Assembly (NCBI GenBank): GCA_039208155.1
Contig: JBCCRG010000001.1
Location: 1-31,365 of the forward strand
Origin: Bacteroidota bacterium
Lineage (GTDB): Bacteria; Bacteroidota; Rhodothermia; Rhodothermales; Rubricoccaceae
Length of the DNA stretch: 31,365 nt
Direction of reading: 5' to 3'
The first letter of the stretch is position 1; each line of letters opens with the position of its first letter. The position numbers and the translations under genes are program-made. The notes under the pieces are model-generated. The model saw only the letters and a list, made by a program, of their open reading frames with translations. It searched no databases and had not been told where the DNA came from. This document shows positions 18,658-28,929 of the stretch, piece by piece.

Positions 18658-19428
18658 AGTGTCACGGAGCCAACGGCGGGCGTGAAGGCTCGGGGAGGAG
18701 ACTGTTACGTTTCGGCGCAGACGCGAGGTCGTGCTAGGTCGGTCTGCAGTGAGGTGCTATTATCGGGCCTGCTCTCTCCTCGTGAGCTCATCGGCTGCGC
18801 GCTTCTTCGCGGTGCGACCGCCTGCTCTTCTGGTTCGCACAGCCTCTCGAACACAACGACGCCCGACGGGACGAGGCCGCCGGGCGTTGGTGTTTATGCC
18901 TGTAGCCGTTTCGTGGGTCCTGGGCCCGCTCAGGTATACCATGACGGCGTGTCGGGCACTCCCCTAGGGGCAAGGGGGGCACCCTCCCGATTGTGCCTCG
19001 CACGTCCGGTGCCTACTCTGAACCGTGGCCTCGAAGCCTCCTTCGCGGTGACACCTGTCTCTGGCAGCGCCTCCGTTCACCTCGGCGCTGTGCAGCCCAG
19101 GTCTCTTCTCCGACACCTCGGCACGGCCCATCTGCTTGCGCTCATCTCCGCAGGCCCTTCTCCAACGCCTGTCCTCGTCGGCTCCGTCCGCCTCTGCCGA
19201 GAGGGGCCCGCGCCAGCCTGCGATCCCGCGCCGACGCGGCGGTTTGCTGCGTCGGCGCTTTTCTTGGGGACACGCCATCCGGTCGGCGGTCGCCACGACC
19301 GTCCAGCAGGCGTCACGACCGCTGAGGGGATGAGCCGAGGATCGAGGGGACGCAGCGCGTGACGTGCGAGCCCGCCAAAGCGGCTGTCATACTATCTTGC
19401 CGCTGCGCTCCGTTTTCACGCTGCTCGC

Positions 19429-20130
19429 ATGAATCCACCCCTCGCCTCCTTGACCGACGAGCAACTCGTTGCCGCGTACCTCAACCAGGGGGACGAGCGC
19501 GCCTTCACCCTGTTGATGAAGCGCCATCAGGAGCGCGTCTTTGGTTTCCTCGTGGGGATGGTGCGCGACCGCGCGACCGCCAACGACCTCTTCCAGGACA
19601 CGTTCTTCCGCGTGATCCAGGCCATGAACAAGCAGCGCGGGTCGTATGAGCCGCAGGGCCGCTGGCTCGGCTGGGTGCTCCGCATCGCGCGCAACGCGGC
19701 GCTGGATCACCTCCGCAGCCGCAAGAAGTTTACCGACGTAGCCCCCGCAGACGAGGACGACGGCGCGTCGTTCTGGGACCGTCTTGCCGACGACGAGCAG
19801 CCCGACGCGTTCGAGCAACTCCACCAGCAGCAGATCACGGACGAGCTGGCCGGGCTCATTGACCAACTGCCGCCGGAGCAGCGTGAGGTGGTCATGCTGC
19901 GCCACGAAGGCGACCTCACCTTTCGCGAGATCGCCGAGATCACCGACGTCTCGATCAACACGGCGCTCGGCCGCATGCGCTACGCTCTCATCAACCTCCG
20001 CAAGATGATCGACGCGGAGTTCGAGCCGGAGCGGGAGTCGATAAAAAAAAAGTCGCCGCGAAACGGCCTCCCGCGGCGGCCCCGCCTGAGAGCCGTTCCG
20101 CCAGCCGCGGCTCGGGCCGAGGCCGCCTGA
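19429..20130 (+). CDS. ECF sigma-70 factor
   Basis: Region 2 (AFTLLMKRHQERV, DLFQDTF, WVLRIARNAALDHLR) and region 4 (LPPEQREVVMLR, TFREIAE, INTALGRMRYALINLRK). Confidence 0.93.
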   Translation: MNPPLASLTDEQLVAAYLNQGDERAFTLLMKRHQERVFGFLVGMVRDRATANDLFQDTFFRVIQAMNKQRGSYEPQGRWLGWVLRIARNAALDHLRSRKKFTDVAPADEDDGASFWDRLADDEQPDAFEQLHQQQITDELAGLIDQLPPEQREVVMLRHEGDLTFREIAEITDVSINTALGRMRYALINLRKMIDAEFEPERESIKKKSPRNGLPRRPRLRAVPPAAARAEAA

Positions 20131-20259
20131 CGTGATTTCATACCCACACCCCAAAGAATCGAGCCGCCGACGCACGAGTTGCCTCCCATGCTGCGTTGCA
20201 GACTCCATCGGTGTTCCACCCCCACCCAGCCCCTGTGCCGCTGACTCCTGATTGATACT

Positions 20260-21312
20260 ATGCCCGATCTGTTCGACCCGGTGCGTGCACTCTACGGTGA
20301 AGCACGCCCGGACGGTACGGTCCCGTCTCGCAACGACCTGAGCGACGCGGCCCGTGCTGAACTGGAAGCCTTGGCCCCGGTAAAGGCTGCGCTCGACGCC
20401 CAGCCGTCCCAGGCACCAGACGCTGCCGTGCTCGCAGCCATCCTGGATGCAGCTCGTGTCGCTGCGGTGTCAGGTGCCCCGCCAGCTACGCCTCGTGCCG
20501 CTGACCGCGCGCCCGTCCGCTCGTCTCGCTCGCGCCGTGCCCGAGTGGCGCTGCCCGTGCTTGCCCTGTTCGTATGCGGCGCAGTCGGCCTGAGTGTGTT
20601 CCTCCAGCAGCCGTCCGCTGAGCTGGCGACGGAATCGGTCGCAGAGGCACCGATTAGCGCAGCTCCAGCCCTGGACGTAGCGCCTGCGCTGGAGACAGCG
20701 ACCGAGGCAATCCCAGAAGCCGCGAGCCGCGAGCTCCTGGCTCAGGGTGAAGAGCTCCGTCTGGAGGAAGCCGCTGCCCCGTCAATCTCGCCATCCGACA
20801 CTGGGTCGCCAGAGGCTCCTGTTGCGAGCGCACCGGCTACGGGCACCTTGGCGACCGATGACGTGCCCGCCTCCCAGACCCTCGCCGTAAACGCCGACCA
20901 ACTCACCGGTGACGTCGCAGCGTCCGATGCAGGCGAGGCTGCACCTGCCGCTGCCTTCGTTGAGGCTGCGCGCACCGCCGCGCCATCCGCCCGGGCTGTC
21001 CAGGCTCCTGCTCCCCGCGTCCGCATGCGTGCGACTGCAGGCACCCAGCCCGGCGTAGCGCTCGTGGCCGCCGAGCCGGTGGCGTGGGACACCGACGACG
21101 AAGACCTCCGCCTTCTCTCGCTCCGCCTTCAGACGCTCCGTGAGTCGAACGAGGGGCTTGCCTGGGACGAGCCGCCGGTCCCGCTCAGCGGCGGCGCGGC
21201 ACTCCAGGGCCTTGACCTGACCTCCGACACGGTGCACGATGAGACGCGCGTCGGCTTCCATGCGGTGCCGCAGCGCACCGGCTGGATCCGTGTGCAGCAG
21301 GGGGGACAGTAG
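20260..21312 (+). CDS. Hypothetical Ala/Pro-rich single-TM protein, probable anti-sigma factor
   Basis: Directly follows the ECF sigma; one TM segment (VALPVLALFVCGAVGLSVFL). The function is inferred from position only. Confidence 0.6.
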   Translation: MPDLFDPVRALYGEARPDGTVPSRNDLSDAARAELEALAPVKAALDAQPSQAPDAAVLAAILDAARVAAVSGAPPATPRAADRAPVRSSRSRRARVALPVLALFVCGAVGLSVFLQQPSAELATESVAEAPISAAPALDVAPALETATEAIPEAASRELLAQGEELRLEEAAAPSISPSDTGSPEAPVASAPATGTLATDDVPASQTLAVNADQLTGDVAASDAGEAAPAAAFVEAARTAAPSARAVQAPAPRVRMRATAGTQPGVALVAAEPVAWDTDDEDLRLLSLRLQTLRESNEGLAWDEPPVPLSGGAALQGLDLTSDTVHDETRVGFHAVPQRTGWIRVQQGGQ

Positions 21313-21342
21313 CAAGCTGGGCGCGTCAAATGAGACGCTGGT

Positions 21343-21882
21343 ATGACACGCTCCGCACCACCGCATTCAGCAGGGGAGGAGCCCCGTGCGGTCGTAGTGA
21401 TGGGGGTGAGCGGGGTCGGCAAGACCACCGTGGCTCGGGCGCTCGCTGAGCGGCTGGGCTGGCGCTGCGTCGATGCCGATGCCCACCACACCGAGGCTGC
21501 CATCGCAAAGATGGCGCAGGGGGTAGGGCTCACCGATGCCGACCGCGCGCCGTGGCTCGACGGCCTTGCGGGCGTCATCGTCGCGACGCTCGGGGAGGGC
21601 GCGTCCCTCGTGCTGGCGTGCTCAGCGCTGAAGCGGCCCTATCGAGACCGGCTCCGGCAGGCCGACGACACCGTGCGGTTTCTCTGGCTGGACGCCGATG
21701 CTGAGATCGTGCGCCAACGGCTCCAGGGACGCGCCGGACACTACGCAGGCGCAGATCTACTCGCGAGCCAACTAGCCGATTTCGAAGCGCCTGGCGTGGA
21801 CGAACCGGACATCCTACGCCTCGATGCTGCGCAGCCTCTCGACGTTCTCCTGGACGAGGCGGTGCGGGAGCTGGCAGCCTAG
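21343..21882 (+). CDS. Gluconokinase (GntK/IdnK family)
   Basis: VVMGVSGVGKTT P-loop, DADAHH, LTDADRAPWL, ACSALKRPYRD, LLASQLADFEAP. Confidence 0.92.
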   Translation: MTRSAPPHSAGEEPRAVVVMGVSGVGKTTVARALAERLGWRCVDADAHHTEAAIAKMAQGVGLTDADRAPWLDGLAGVIVATLGEGASLVLACSALKRPYRDRLRQADDTVRFLWLDADAEIVRQRLQGRAGHYAGADLLASQLADFEAPGVDEPDILRLDAAQPLDVLLDEAVRELAA

Positions 21883-22286
21883 GCGGCCTCCTGCTCGGCG
21901 GCCTCGAGCGCGAGGAGGTAGTCCTCGATACTGCCGACGGTCACGCGTGTCTCGCCTTTGACGCGCTTCGACTTGATGTCGCCGTGGCGGAGCAGCTTCT
22001 GCACCTGGTTGCGGTCGATGAGCTTGAGCAGCCGCCGGGCTTCGGTCCGCGTGACTGTGCCTTCGCGGTACTCCTCCGCAAAGTCGTGCAGCATCTCGTG
22101 CGAGCTCGGTGCGATGCGGATGAGGCGCTGCTCCTCGTTGTCGTCCGTGATGCCCCAGTCGAGGTCGGCGTCGATGAAGCCGCGGTCGGTCCAGCGAACG
22201 AGCGTCTGTTTCGAGATCTGGACCTCCTGCGAGAGCGTGTCGAGGTCGAGTTCGATGGGTTCGGGGGCCGACGCGAATACGGACAT
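21879..22286 (-). CDS. Hypothetical protein with helix-turn-helix-like segments
   Basis: N-terminal TLVRWTDRGFI and C-terminal VTRTEARRLL...VQKLLRHGDIKSKRVKGETRV resemble MerR/excisionase-type HTHs. Confidence 0.65.
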   Translation of the reverse strand: MSVFASAPEPIELDLDTLSQEVQISKQTLVRWTDRGFIDADLDWGITDDNEEQRLIRIAPSSHEMLHDFAEEYREGTVTRTEARRLLKLIDRNQVQKLLRHGDIKSKRVKGETRVTVGSIEDYLLALEAAEQEAA

Positions 22287-22384
22287 AGCGAGGTGGAGAT
22301 GGGCAGAAGTGAAGGGCAGAGACGATAGCCTTGCAACGAAAGCCTGCGCCGATTGATCCGACCCCGACCCGGCTTCTGCGCGTC

Positions 22385-22918
22385 TCAGCCAGACACCGCG
22401 TCCCCGTCCACGGCGATCTCCACACGGGCGCAGGCGATGCTCTGTCCGAGCCCGCGCTTGAGGATGGGGTAGACCTGCACCATCGCCACGGCGAGCGCGA
22501 GCTCAACAGCCGCTTCCGTACCAATCGTCTCGGTGAGACGGACGCGCAACGCCTCCACCTCGTCCGTGCGTGCAGCGACGGCTTCGCCAAATTGGAGAGC
22601 GAGGTGTTCAGCCTCGCCTAGCGCCGTGGTATTGTCTGCCAGCGCCGCGCGCAGCACCTCGGGCGCGACGCCGTCGAGCCGGGCCGCGTTGACGACGTAC
22701 TGCACGCAGGTCCCGCAGTCCTGCACCCGCGTCGCGCCGACCCGGGCGAGGTGCCAGGCGTCGCGCGGGGCATGCTTGCGGTGCGCAGCAGCAGGGACCG
22801 CGAGGGTGAACTTCGCGAAGAGGCCCGAGGACACGTCCGCGAGGCTGCGGAGGTAGTCGAGCGGCACGCCGAGCATCTGCTCGTGGTGCACGATGGAGCG
22901 CTTGATGAGCGGATTCAT
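22385..22918 (-). CDS. AhpD/carboxymuconolactone-decarboxylase-like protein
   Basis: ATRVQDCGTCVQY CxxC motif, helical pattern, ALQFGEAVA...VELALAVA. Confidence 0.7.
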   Translation of the reverse strand: MNPLIKRSIVHHEQMLGVPLDYLRSLADVSSGLFAKFTLAVPAAAHRKHAPRDAWHLARVGATRVQDCGTCVQYVVNAARLDGVAPEVLRAALADNTTALGEAEHLALQFGEAVAARTDEVEALRVRLTETIGTEAAVELALAVAMVQVYPILKRGLGQSIACARVEIAVDGDAVSG

Positions 22919-22990
22919 CGGGACGGGGTAGGCCGCGGTGATGGGAGCCCGCGCAGCGCTTCGTTCGACGTCGACCCGCGACGTTGGTCC

Positions 22991-23890
22991 TTACCCGGCT
23001 TCCCCATTCACGCTCACGTGGGCCAGCTCAGCGGTGCGGTCCGCGTTCTCCTCGAAGAGCAGATCGAGCAGGCCGACGAGCGCCTGGCGGAGCTTCGGAC
23101 GTGGGACGACGAGGTCCACGAAGCCATGCTCCTGGAGAAACTCCGACGTCTGGAAGCCCTTGGGGAGGTCGCGGCGGATCGTCTCGCGGATCACGCGCGG
23201 CCCCGCAAAGCCGATGAGCGCGCCCGGCTCAGCGAGGTGGAAGTCGCCGAGCATCGCGTAGGAGGCTGTGACGCCGCCCGTGGTCGGGTTCGTCATCAGT
23301 GAGAAGAAGGGGAGGCCCTTATCGTCGAGGCGGGCGAGGTGGAGCGAGGTCTTCGCCATCTGCATCAGGCTGTAAGCGGCCTCCATCATGCGCGCGCCGC
23401 CGCTCTGCGAGATCACCATCACGGCGCGGTCTTCATCGTGCCCGCGCTGGATGGCCCGGCTGATAATCTCCCCCACGACCGAGTTCATCGAGCCGCCGAT
23501 GAACGAGAAGTCCATCGCGGCGAGCGAGAACGGGTGGCCGCCCACTGTGCCGGTCGCGGAGACGGCGGCGTCGTTGAGGCCGGTCTTCTTGCGCGCGGCA
23601 CGGAGGCGGTCGGCATAGGCTTTCCGGTCCTCGAACTTCAGCGGGTCCGTCGCGAAGAGGTTGTCGTCGTGGCGGGCGAACTGCCCGTCGTCGAAGAGCA
23701 TCTTGCAGTAGCCGAGCCCGCTCATGGCGAAGTGGTGCCCGGCGGGCGTCACCATGTGGTTCTCCTTGAGCTCCCGGAGCGAGATCAACTCGTCCGTGAT
23801 GGGGCACTTGCGCCAGTAGCCTTCCGGCGTCTCGTTTTTGTCGGCGGGAGCCGTCTGAATGCCCGCGGTCTTGCGCTTGAACCAGGCCAT
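22991..23890 (-). CDS. accD: Acetyl-CoA carboxylase carboxyltransferase beta subunit
   Basis: DFSFIGGSM, SGGARMME, SLMQMAKT, PTTGGVTASYAMLGD, AEPGALIGFAGPRVI, FQTSEFLQEHGFVD. Confidence 0.97.
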   Translation of the reverse strand: MAWFKRKTAGIQTAPADKNETPEGYWRKCPITDELISLRELKENHMVTPAGHHFAMSGLGYCKMLFDDGQFARHDDNLFATDPLKFEDRKAYADRLRAARKKTGLNDAAVSATGTVGGHPFSLAAMDFSFIGGSMNSVVGEIISRAIQRGHDEDRAVMVISQSGGARMMEAAYSLMQMAKTSLHLARLDDKGLPFFSLMTNPTTGGVTASYAMLGDFHLAEPGALIGFAGPRVIRETIRRDLPKGFQTSEFLQEHGFVDLVVPRPKLRQALVGLLDLLFEENADRTAELAHVSVNGEAG

Positions 23891-23956
23891 GAGGCTGCGA
23901 GGAGCGTGGATGAGGAGACAGGCGGGCCAGAGGGCGGGGTGGCCTCGGGGGCGTCG

Positions 23957-24688
23957 CTAGAAGAGCGGACGGGGCTTTCCGGCGACGAACTCTTTAAGGT
24001 ACGACGGCTCGAACGAAGCCACGTCAACGCCACGCAGGTCGCCCGTGGTCACATCGAAGGCCGTGCTCTTACCGATGCGGGCCACGGTGGCTGCGGAAAC
24101 GCCAAACATCTCGCCGTTCAGGACGTGCGTGTGGCCGGGTAGGAACTCCTCGTCGCCAGTGAGCAGGGCGGCGGCGGGGCCGAGAAGCCAGATCCGCTTG
24201 GCGTCGGGTGCAGGCCACCAGGATCGAAATTCCGCGAGGGGTACGGCCGCGGGCTCTGCGCCGGGCAGCATGAGCCGGATGTACTCGTGGGGATGATGTT
24301 GGAAGCCAGCCGCATAGACCTCGCCCCGCCGCGAGGGAAAGGCGACAACGACGTAGTCCCCGGACTGGGCAACGCCGTCGGTCTTGGTAGCGAGCGCCTC
24401 CAGCGAGCCGACGCCGACGAGCGCAGCGCCGGAGGCGAGGCAGAGGCCCTTCGCGGTGCTCACGCCGATGCGCAGCCCGGTGTACGAACCGGGGCCTTCC
24501 GAGACGGCGACGAGGTCGAGGTCGGTCGCCGAGCGGCCCGCGTGGGCGAGGACGTCGCGGATGAGCGGCATCAGGCGCGCGGCGTGCTGACGCGGCAGCC
24601 GCAGCGCCGCCTCGGCGAGCACCACGTTGTCTTCCAGCAGGGCGACGCTGCAGACGTCCGTGGCGGTTTCGATGCCGAGCGTGAGCAT
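23957..24688 (-). CDS. tsaB: tRNA threonylcarbamoyladenosine biosynthesis protein TsaB
   Basis: MLTLGIETATDVCSVAL, HAARLMPLI, AVSEGPGSYTGLRIG, ARRG-like SRRGEVY, FEPSYLK. Confidence 0.93.
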   Translation of the reverse strand: MLTLGIETATDVCSVALLEDNVVLAEAALRLPRQHAARLMPLIRDVLAHAGRSATDLDLVAVSEGPGSYTGLRIGVSTAKGLCLASGAALVGVGSLEALATKTDGVAQSGDYVVVAFPSRRGEVYAAGFQHHPHEYIRLMLPGAEPAAVPLAEFRSWWPAPDAKRIWLLGPAAALLTGDEEFLPGHTHVLNGEMFGVSAATVARIGKSTAFDVTTGDLRGVDVASFEPSYLKEFVAGKPRPLF

Positions 24689-25002
24689 GAGTCGGTGGGC
24701 GGTGGGCGGTGGGCGGTGGACAGAATCAAGGAGAGTACGCCGAGCGCAACCACCGTCACTCATGCCGCAGCGTTTTCCAGCAGAATCTATCCACCGACGC
24801 ACGGACGCACCGACTCGCCGACGAACGTACCCACCGAACCACCGGAACTCGTCTTGACATTTCCTTAACCAGCATCGACCTTCACCCTCCCTTCTCCGAA
24901 AGCGGTTCCAAGCCCGAGAAAGCGCCCGGGCCGCCCCTGTTTTTTATCGAACGGCTGCCTGCGGAGGGGCGGCCCCAGCCCCCACTGATCGAGGTATCCG
25001 TT

Positions 25003-27120
25003 ATGAATGTCTACGACGCCGACCACGTTCGCAACATCGCTCTCGTCGGGCACCAGGGGAGCGGCAAGACGACGCTCTCCGAAGCGATGCTCTTCAGCGC
25101 CGGTGCCATCAAGCGCATGGGCACTGTCGAGGACGGCTCCACCGTGAGCGACTTCCACGACTCGGAGCACGAGCGCGGCATGTCGATTTTCTCAGCGCTG
25201 CTCCACGCGGAGTGGAAGGGCTACAAGATCAATATCCTCGACACACCCGGCTACCTCGACTTCGCGGGTGAGGTCGTCGCATCGCTGCAGGTTGCCGACA
25301 CGGCGCTCTTCATCCTGGACGCGACCGAGGGCGTGCAGGTGGGCACCGAACTCGCGTGGACCTACTGCGAGATGACGGCAACGCCCGCCATGTTCGTCCT
25401 CAACAAGCTCGACGAGGAAGGCTCCGACTTCGAGACGGCGCTCGCGCAGGTGCAGGAGCGCTACGGCCGCGCGGCCACGCCCGTCCAACTCCCCGGCGGC
25501 AAGGGCACCCGCACCATCATCGACGTGCTCCTGATGAAGCAGATTCGCTTCGACGACGACGGCAAGGCGCACTTCGAGGAGATCGATGCGGCTTTCCGCG
25601 ACCGCGCCGACGAACTCCACAACGAACTCATCGAGAACATCGCCGAGAACGACGAGGGGCTGATGGACCTCTACTTCGAGCAGGGCACGCTCACCGAGGA
25701 CCAGATGCGCCAGGGCCTCCGCGCCGCGATGATCGAGCGCAGCCTGTACCCGGTCTTTCTCACGGTCGCGACCGAAAACGTGGGCGTTACGCGGCTGATG
25801 AGCTTCATCGACAACGTGGTGCCGAGCCCGAAGCTGATGCCCCCGCCGCCGCTGGAGAGTGGCTCCGTGGTGGCCGACCCCAGCGGCGACCCCGTCGCCT
25901 TCGTCTACAAGACCGAGGCGCAGGCGCACGTCGGCGAGTACAGCTACTTCCGCGTCTACCAGGGCACGCTGGAGCAGGGCCAGGACCTCGAAAACGCGCA
26001 CAACAGCGGCACCGAGCGCCTCGGCGCGCTCTACGCGATCAACGGCAAGGACCGCGATGGCGTCAAGCACCTCGTCGCGGGTGACATCGGCGCGACGGTC
26101 AAGCTGAAGGACACCGGCACCAACGACACGCTGCGCCTCAAAGGCTCTGACGTGGTCGTGACGCCCATCGAGTTTCCCGAGCCGCGCTACCGCGTCTCCG
26201 TGCGCGCGTCGAAGTCCGGCGAGGAAGACAAGCTCGCGCAGGGGCTCCACCAACTCGTCAAGGAGGACCCGTCGCTGCACGTGGAACACGACCCGCACCT
26301 GAGCCAGATCACACTCGCGGGGCAGGGCGAGATGCACCTCAAGGTGGCGCAGTACCGCCTCGATCACCGCGCGGGCGTCCATGTGGAGTACGACCAGCCG
26401 AAGGTGTCCTACCGCGAGACCGTCCAGGGGCGCTCGCGCTCGTCGTACCGCCACAAGAAGCAGTCGGGCGGAGCCGGACAGTTCGCCGACCTCTCGATCA
26501 TGGTCGAGCCGCTCACGGACACGTTCGACGTGCCCGACGACATGAAGCAGCGCGGCGAGCACATGATGGAGACCGACTGGGGCGCGAAGATCCACTTCGT
26601 GGACGCCATCGTCGGCGGCGTGATCGACATGCAGCGCTTCTTCGGCGCGATCCAGAAGGGCGTCGCCGACGCGCTCAAGGAGGGCCCGATCGCGGGCTAC
26701 CCCGTGGGCAATGTCCGCGTGGTTGTCTTCGACGGCGGCATGCACTCGGTCGACTCGAACGAGAACGCCTTCAAGACCGCCGCGAAGCAGGCCTTCCGCA
26801 TCGGCTTCCGCGAGGCGCAGCCCGCCATCCTGGAGCCGATCCAGGACCTCGAAGTCAAGATCCCGGAGGAGTACCTCGGCGACGTGATGAGCGACCTCAA
26901 CACGCGCCGCGGCCGCATTCAGGGCATGGAGGCGAACGGTCCGTTCCAGGTCATCAAGGCGCAGGTGCCCGAGGCGGAGCTGTATCGCTACTCGACCTCG
27001 CTCCGCTCGATGACACAGGGTCGCGGCCTCCACGTCGCCCGCCCGAGCCACTACGAGGCGATGCCGCGCCACGTCCAGGACGCCCTCATGGCTGAGCGCG
27101 GCGAGCTGGAAGAAGCGTAG
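25003..27120 (+). CDS. fusA: Elongation factor G paralog (EF-G2-like)
   Basis: RNIALVGHQGSGKTTL, DTPGYLDF, NKLD, HKKQSGGAGQF, GQGEMHL, LEPI...DLNTRRG, LRSMTQGRG. Switch I reads RGMSI instead of RGITI. Confidence 0.92.
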   Translation: MNVYDADHVRNIALVGHQGSGKTTLSEAMLFSAGAIKRMGTVEDGSTVSDFHDSEHERGMSIFSALLHAEWKGYKINILDTPGYLDFAGEVVASLQVADTALFILDATEGVQVGTELAWTYCEMTATPAMFVLNKLDEEGSDFETALAQVQERYGRAATPVQLPGGKGTRTIIDVLLMKQIRFDDDGKAHFEEIDAAFRDRADELHNELIENIAENDEGLMDLYFEQGTLTEDQMRQGLRAAMIERSLYPVFLTVATENVGVTRLMSFIDNVVPSPKLMPPPPLESGSVVADPSGDPVAFVYKTEAQAHVGEYSYFRVYQGTLEQGQDLENAHNSGTERLGALYAINGKDRDGVKHLVAGDIGATVKLKDTGTNDTLRLKGSDVVVTPIEFPEPRYRVSVRASKSGEEDKLAQGLHQLVKEDPSLHVEHDPHLSQITLAGQGEMHLKVAQYRLDHRAGVHVEYDQPKVSYRETVQGRSRSSYRHKKQSGGAGQFADLSIMVEPLTDTFDVPDDMKQRGEHMMETDWGAKIHFVDAIVGGVIDMQRFFGAIQKGVADALKEGPIAGYPVGNVRVVVFDGGMHSVDSNENAFKTAAKQAFRIGFREAQPAILEPIQDLEVKIPEEYLGDVMSDLNTRRGRIQGMEANGPFQVIKAQVPEAELYRYSTSLRSMTQGRGLHVARPSHYEAMPRHVQDALMAERGELEEA

Positions 27121-27155
27121 TGGGGTGTGGGCGTATGAGAGTGTGAGCGTGTGCC

Positions 27156-27434
27156 ATGTCAATCCACCACGATGAAGACGTCCAAGGTTGCCCGGATCTC
27201 GTGGGTCTCTACATGCGGCACGAGCCGGAGCATATCCCTCTGCTGTTGCGCAACGTTGAGAATCAAGAGCCGTCTGGGCGACTTGAAGCCTTCAGCGATC
27301 TGTTCAACTTCACGGTTGACTTCGAACACCAGCAGGTCACTGTTCAGGACGATGGCGGCTACTTCTACAGCCTCGACGAGGATCGCAAAATGGTGATCGG
27401 ACTCGCCGAGTTCGTCTGTCGGCTGAAGTCTTAG
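27156..27434 (+). CDS. Small hypothetical protein
   Basis: 92-aa ATG ORF filling the gap after EF-G; no motif recognised. Confidence 0.5.
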   Translation: MSIHHDEDVQGCPDLVGLYMRHEPEHIPLLLRNVENQEPSGRLEAFSDLFNFTVDFEHQQVTVQDDGGYFYSLDEDRKMVIGLAEFVCRLKS

Positions 27435-27486
27435 CCGGTTCGGCGAAGTGGGCCAGGGGCGGAGGCACGCCCACACCCTCATACTC

Positions 27487-27990
27487 TCACACCCCGACGC
27501 CCGTCTCGCACCACATCACCACGTGTGGGCCGATGCCGTCGATCTCGAAGATCGGGCTGACGACGTGGCAGCCGAGGCGCTCGTAGAACGCCTGGGCACC
27601 GGTGCGGGCGTTGAACCAGAGCACGGCGGCTCCCGCCTCTGCCGCGTGCTGGCGGATGGCCTCGAAGGCGAGGCGGCCGAGACCCTGGCCCCGGTAGTCC
27701 GGGTGCGTCGCCATCCCGCGCAGGCGATACGCGGTAGCGCGGTCGGTCGCGGGGATCGCGCCGATGACGGTGCCGTCGGGGAGAAGCCGTACCGGTTCTG
27801 GGAAGCCCGATGCGATGCTGACGATACCGTCGTCGGTCGGCCCGCCGTCTACGAAGACAGCGACGTGGGCGACGCCGGGGGCGTCGTCGTCGGCGTAGCG
27901 CGTAGTAGAAAACGGTTGGCCTGCGCGCAGCACGAGGTGGCGCAGCGGGCGGATCGCCTCGGCAGAGACGGCTTCGACGCGGGGCAACAT
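27487..27990 (-). CDS. GNAT-family N-acetyltransferase
   Basis: IRPLRHLVLRAGQ, YRLRGMATHPDYRGQGLG, WFNARTGAQAFYERLG. Confidence 0.9.
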   Translation of the reverse strand: MLPRVEAVSAEAIRPLRHLVLRAGQPFSTTRYADDDAPGVAHVAVFVDGGPTDDGIVSIASGFPEPVRLLPDGTVIGAIPATDRATAYRLRGMATHPDYRGQGLGRLAFEAIRQHAAEAGAAVLWFNARTGAQAFYERLGCHVVSPIFEIDGIGPHVVMWCETGVGV

Positions 27991-28135
27991 GGTAGTCAGG
28001 ACAGCAGACGGTGTGGCTCAGAAGAATAGCGCCTCGGGAGCCTCCGTGCGCTCTGGCTTTGCAGCCATGCACTCTTCCATCCGAGCACTGCGCGTCTTAT
28101 CGTGTCAGCACGTTTACCAACCAACCTAGGCAGCC

Positions 28136-28582
28136 ATGTCAGAAATGAAGTTCTGGTACCGCGAGGTGCTCTCGAAATACGCCGACTTCACGGGCCGCGC
28201 TCGCCGCAGCGAGTACTGGTACTTCACCCTGTTCAACATGCTCGTGGTCATTGCGGCGATTGCCATTGGCGGTGCGGCCGTTGGCTTCTACGGCGAGGGC
28301 CTCGGCACAGGCATCTTCCTGTCGGTCTACGGCTTTGTGATCCTCTACGCCATTGCGATGGCGATCCCGTCGCTGGCCGTATCCGTGCGGCGGCTCCACG
28401 ACACGGGGCGCACGGGCTGGTGGTACCTGATTACGTTCGTGCCCTTCGGCTCGCTCGTGCTGCTGTACTTCTTCGTGGTCGAGGGCGACTACGGCCCGAA
28501 CGCGTACGGCCCCGATCCGAAGGGGGTAGACGACCTCAATGCCCGCATCGACGAATTGTACGACGACGGCGGAGCGTACTGA
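28136..28582 (+). CDS. DUF805 membrane protein
   Basis: YADFTGRARRSEYWYF, IPSLAVSVRRLHDTGRTGWW, GPNAYGPDP. Confidence 0.92.
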   Translation: MSEMKFWYREVLSKYADFTGRARRSEYWYFTLFNMLVVIAAIAIGGAAVGFYGEGLGTGIFLSVYGFVILYAIAMAIPSLAVSVRRLHDTGRTGWWYLITFVPFGSLVLLYFFVVEGDYGPNAYGPDPKGVDDLNARIDELYDDGGAY

Positions 28583-28648
28583 GCTTGGTGGCCTCCAGGA
28601 GAGGATGTGCGATTTATAGCGGGTGGGATCCTCACGCCCGTTTGACTC

Positions 28649-28849
28649 GTGCGCCAAACCCGCTGCTTCCGCGTTTATGTCGCCCGCGCATTCCGAGGGC
28701 TCGCCCCGGCCAAGATGCTGCTGCTCGGCTACCTGACCTGCGTGGTCCTCGGCTGGATCGCACTGTCGCTGCCGTGGGCACAGGCGCTTCCGGGCACCTC
28801 GTCACTCGACCACCTCTTCATCGCGACGAGCGCGGTCTCTACGACGGGT
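28649..28849 (+). pseudogene. N-terminal fragment of a TrkH/KtrB potassium-uptake membrane protein
   Basis: PAKMLLLGY...LSLPWA...LDHLFIATSAVSTTG, then the frame turns into unrelated sequence. Confidence 0.7.
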
Positions 28850-28929
28850 GAGGAACGGAGCGATAGGCGGTGGTGTCGAAACCTGCACACGGCTGTACCC
28901 GGCAGCTCGTCTCGACTACTCGGCAACGC

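Noticed and set aside
18660-19420. About 750-nt gap as RNase P RNA, tmRNA, SRP/6S RNA or a CDS
   Set aside because: No GAGGAAAGTCC, tmRNA tRNA-like ends or SRP loop motif on either strand, and the ORFs are low-complexity. Left unannotated.
23805-23814. CACTTGCGCC, a near match to the scaffold 3' motif
   Set aside because: It lies inside accD, differs at the last base and has no upstream CGCGCCC or TACATAC partner.
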